Assembly (NCBI GenBank): GCA_963744145.1
Contig: CAVUSO010000001.1
Location: forward strand, 2,528,001 to 2,592,000
DNA: 64,000 nt
Origin: an uncultured cyanobacterium
GTDB taxonomy: Bacteria; Cyanobacteriota; Cyanobacteriia; Cyanobacteriales; CAWUOF01
Direction: 5' to 3'
Below the pieces are notes generated by a model, which did not search any database, was not told where the DNA came from, and saw only the letters and a list, made by a program, of their open reading frames with translations. Numbering within the stretch: the first letter of the stretch is position 1; each line of letters begins with the position of its first letter. Below, one piece after another: positions 60,948 through 64,000 of the stretch. A program made the translations under genes and the position numbers.

Positions 60948-63113
60948 ATGGCTAAATCTCTGGAAAAAGCCCTCAAACATTATTTTGGGTATGACACCTT
61001 TCGTCCGGGTCAACGTCAAATTGTCGAAACAGCTCTCCAAAATCGAGATCTGCTGATAGTTATGCCCACAGGTGGAGGAAAGTCCCTCTGTTTTCAATTA
61101 CCAGCACTGCTTAAACCTGGGTTAACTGTAGTCGTATCCCCTTTAATTTCCCTGATGCAAGATCAGGTAGACGCATTGCAAGATAATGGGATTGGTGCGA
61201 CATTTATTAATAGTAGTCTAGATTGGAAACAAGTACGGACCAGAGAACAAGAAATAACTAGCGGTAAAATTAAACTTCTTTATGTTGCTCCAGAACGCTT
61301 ACTCAGTGAAAAGTTTCAACCCTTTTTAGAACTAATCAAATATCAAATTGGGATTTCAGCCTTTGCGATCGATGAAGCTCACTGTGTCTCGGAATGGGGA
61401 CATGATTTTCGACCGGAATATCGTCAACTCAAACAACTGCGCGATCGCTATCCTGAAATTCCTTTTTTAGCACTAACTGCTACAGCTACCGATCGCGTGC
61501 GTCAAGATATTATTCAACAATTAGCTCTCCGTGAACCTAATATTTATATTGCTAGTTTTAATCGTCAAAATCTTTATTATGAAGTCAGGAATAAACAGAA
61601 AAATAATTATGCCGAAATCTTAGAACTGATTAATCAACACCAAGGTTCGACCATCATCTATTGTCTAAGTCGTCGTCAAGTTGATCAACTAGCATTAAAA
61701 CTGCAAAATAGTCATATTCCTGCTTTACCATATCATGCGGGATTAACTGACGAAGAACGCACCGAAAATCAACTCAGATTCATCCGGGATGATGTACAAG
61801 TAATGGTAGCAACCATTGCGTTTGGGATGGGAATAAATAAACCCGATGTGCGCTGCGTAATTCATTATAACTTACCCCGGAACTTAGAAAACTATTATCA
61901 AGAATCAGGTCGAGCTGGTCGAGATGGAGAATCTGCTCATTGTGTGTTATTTTTTAGCTATGGTGATCTAAAAACCATCGAATATCTAATCGACCAAAAA
62001 ACCGATCCCCAAGAACAAAAAATTGCCCGTCAACAGTTACATCGAGTGATTGATTACGCGGAAGGAACGGAATGTCGTCGTACTATCCAATTAAGCTATT
62101 TTGGAGAGCTATTTCCGGGAAATTGTGGACAATGTGATAATTGTCGCAATCCCAAACCAAAAGAAGATTGGACAATTGAAGCAATGAAATTTCTTTCTTG
62201 TGTTGCTAGGTGCAAAGAAAAATTTGGCATGAATCATATTATTGATGTATTACGGGGTTCAAAAAGTAAGAAAATTCAGCAGTATAAACACGAAGAATTA
62301 TCAACCTATGGAATTGGTAAAGATCGAACAGTTGAAGAATGGAAAAATCTAGCGCGATCGCTGTTATACTCAGGATTATTAGAACAAACTACCGATGGTT
62401 ATCCAGTCTTAAAATTAACTTCAGGTAGTTGGGAAGTAATGAAACGTCAGCGTTCAGTTTATATCGCTGTTGTTCCACCAGAAATCCTCGAAACATCAGT
62501 AGATAAAAACACTGAATCAGAAGAGTTATTTGCCCAATTGCGTCAACTCCGTAAACAAATAGCAGACGAACAATCCGTACCACCTTATGTAGTATTTCAC
62601 GATTCTACTTTACGTTTAATGTCACAACGAAAACCCCAAACTTTAATAGATTTTGGGAAAATTTCTGGAGTTGGTGATCACAAACGGATTCAATATGGTC
62701 CGCGGTTTATTGCTCAGATCCAAGCTTATTGTCAAGAACTCGAAACCGATATCCCCAAACCCCTCAACAACTCTGATGATCCATCCATATCCCTCATCTC
62801 TGACAGCCAAGCAATTACCCTAGCATTATATCAACAAGGAATGAATATCGAAGCGATCGCTGAAAAACGTCAATTTAGTGTCAGTACCATTACCAATCAT
62901 CTGATAGAATTGATCGAAATGAACCATCCCATCGACTTAAATCAGCTTGTGAGTCCAGCACATCAACAGCAAATTTTACAAGCGATCGAAACCATTGGAA
63001 GTGATCTGCTCAAACCAATTTATGAATATCTCCAAGAAACCTGCTCTTACGAAGAAATAAAGTTGGTCCGGTCATGGTGGCAGCAAAAACAACAAAATGC
63101 TGTTAATAAATAG
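60948..63113 (+). CDS. recQ: ATP-dependent DNA helicase RecQ
   Basis: MPTGGGKSLC, DEAHCVSEWGHDFRPEY, QESGRAGRDG, RQC, HRDC and C-terminal HTH. Confidence 0.98.
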   Translation: MAKSLEKALKHYFGYDTFRPGQRQIVETALQNRDLLIVMPTGGGKSLCFQLPALLKPGLTVVVSPLISLMQDQVDALQDNGIGATFINSSLDWKQVRTREQEITSGKIKLLYVAPERLLSEKFQPFLELIKYQIGISAFAIDEAHCVSEWGHDFRPEYRQLKQLRDRYPEIPFLALTATATDRVRQDIIQQLALREPNIYIASFNRQNLYYEVRNKQKNNYAEILELINQHQGSTIIYCLSRRQVDQLALKLQNSHIPALPYHAGLTDEERTENQLRFIRDDVQVMVATIAFGMGINKPDVRCVIHYNLPRNLENYYQESGRAGRDGESAHCVLFFSYGDLKTIEYLIDQKTDPQEQKIARQQLHRVIDYAEGTECRRTIQLSYFGELFPGNCGQCDNCRNPKPKEDWTIEAMKFLSCVARCKEKFGMNHIIDVLRGSKSKKIQQYKHEELSTYGIGKDRTVEEWKNLARSLLYSGLLEQTTDGYPVLKLTSGSWEVMKRQRSVYIAVVPPEILETSVDKNTESEELFAQLRQLRKQIADEQSVPPYVVFHDSTLRLMSQRKPQTLIDFGKISGVGDHKRIQYGPRFIAQIQAYCQELETDIPKPLNNSDDPSISLISDSQAITLALYQQGMNIEAIAEKRQFSVSTITNHLIELIEMNHPIDLNQLVSPAHQQQILQAIETIGSDLLKPIYEYLQETCSYEEIKLVRSWWQQKQQNAVNK

Positions 63114-63158
63114 GTAAAAAGTAATATTATCTACTTATTCAAGTTATCCTAGTATTGA

Positions 63159-63285
63159 TTAGATCTCTTGCAAAAATAAATAGGACAGGCAAGATGCCTG
63201 TCCCACCAGAATCAATAACTTTTGTGGGACAGGCATCTTGCCTGTCAATAACATAGATCAATCAGGACTTTTGCAAGAGGTCTAA
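63159..63285. mobile_element. 127-bp MITE-like element with 17-bp TIRs and two inverted GGACAGGCATCTTGCCTGTC palindromes
   Basis: TTAGATCTCTTGCAAAA ... TTTTGCAAGAGGTCTAA (one mismatch). Confidence 0.75.
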
Positions 63286-63372
63286 AGATCAACAGCAAGC
63301 CGATCCATGGATTGTTTAGACATTTTTATCTGATAATTTTCGCAAAACTTTAACTATAAACCTGGCACAACT

Positions 63373-64000
63373 ATGGTATCTAATTCCCTTGAGTCTAACC
63401 ATTTTTCCCACATGAGCGCAGAAGAAAAAGCGCAAATGTCACAACTAGTAGATTATAGCTCAATCCAGTCCTTACCCGAAATATGGCCAAGAATTGGTCA
63501 GAAATTTGGCCATATTATCGCTCTGCAAGATCCCCATAGTAATCCAGAAGTAAGTATTACTTACTCAAAATTAACAGAAATGATTCAGCAATTCGCCGCG
63601 GGATTACAAGCATCGGGTTTAAAAACAGGTGTTCGTGGTAATAAAATCCCTCCCCGAGTCGCTTTATTTGCAGATAATAGTCCGCGCTGGATTATTGCAG
63701 ATCAAGGAATTATGACAGCTGAAGCTGTGAATGTAGTCAGAGGTGCAACAGCAGACCGAGAGGAGTTATTATTTATCCTGGCAGATAGTGGTAGTACGGG
63801 GTTAGTAGTAGAAAATCTTGCCCTGTTAAATAAATTACGTCCAGAGTTAGATGCTTTACCAATTCAGTTAGTAGTTTTAATGTCGGATGAGCAACCAGCA
63901 GAATATGAAAAATTTAAAGTAGTTAATTTTAATCAATTGATGAGTTCTGCTACGGGAATGACTCTGCCCATGCTCAGTCAAAATAGAGAAACATTAGCGA
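63373..64000 (+). CDS. Long-chain acyl-ACP/CoA synthetase (Aas-like), runs off the window
   Basis: Hand translation: SLPEIWP..ALQDPH..QQFAAGLQ..ALFADNSPRWIIADQGIM. Confidence 0.85.
   Translation, partial: MVSNSLESNHFSHMSAEEKAQMSQLVDYSSIQSLPEIWPRIGQKFGHIIALQDPHSNPEVSITYSKLTEMIQQFAAGLQASGLKTGVRGNKIPPRVALFADNSPRWIIADQGIMTAEAVNVVRGATADREELLFILADSGSTGLVVENLALLNKLRPELDALPIQLVVLMSDEQPAEYEKFKVVNFNQLMSSATGMTLPMLSQNRETLA

Larger units (their letters stand above)
1..64000. repeat. HIP1 octamer GCGATCGC, dispersed
   Basis: Dozens of copies in coding and non-coding DNA (e.g. 913, 2009, 2322, 7550, 33387); cyanobacterial hallmark. Confidence 0.95.

Overview
Chromosomal segment of a cyanobacterium. HIP1 octamers (GCGATCGC) are very frequent and the gene set is typically cyanobacterial. 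Core content: rfbB/rfaE1, rplS-trnW-secE-nusG-rplK-rplA-rplJ-rplL, scpB, truB, surE, pheT, nrdR-rpsA-HAD-metK, recQ and a partial acyl-ACP synthetase. Accessory content: two histidine kinases (one with a degenerate ATP-binding domain), a TPR-CHAT protein, a VNTR lipoprotein, a Nif11-like peptide, a tandem pair of unknown membrane proteins, an SLH-Wza fusion, a vapBC-type module, ssuADCB, and two convergent filamentous-haemagglutinin-like genes. One of these carries a recently amplified seven-blade FG-GAP propeller plus a CHAT domain. The intergenic DNA holds several interlocking REP/MITE-like families, and both empty and filled insertion sites are visible within the window. They include an array of 11-nt modules that occupies the same site in different host copies. 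Two gene remnants absent from the ORF track were found (Uma2 nuclease, C39-peptidase ABC transporter). Two single-base frameshifts (rplA, S9 peptidase) may be sequence errors. No CRISPR array, rRNA or transposase was seen. All family calls come from motif recognition by eye, not database searches.
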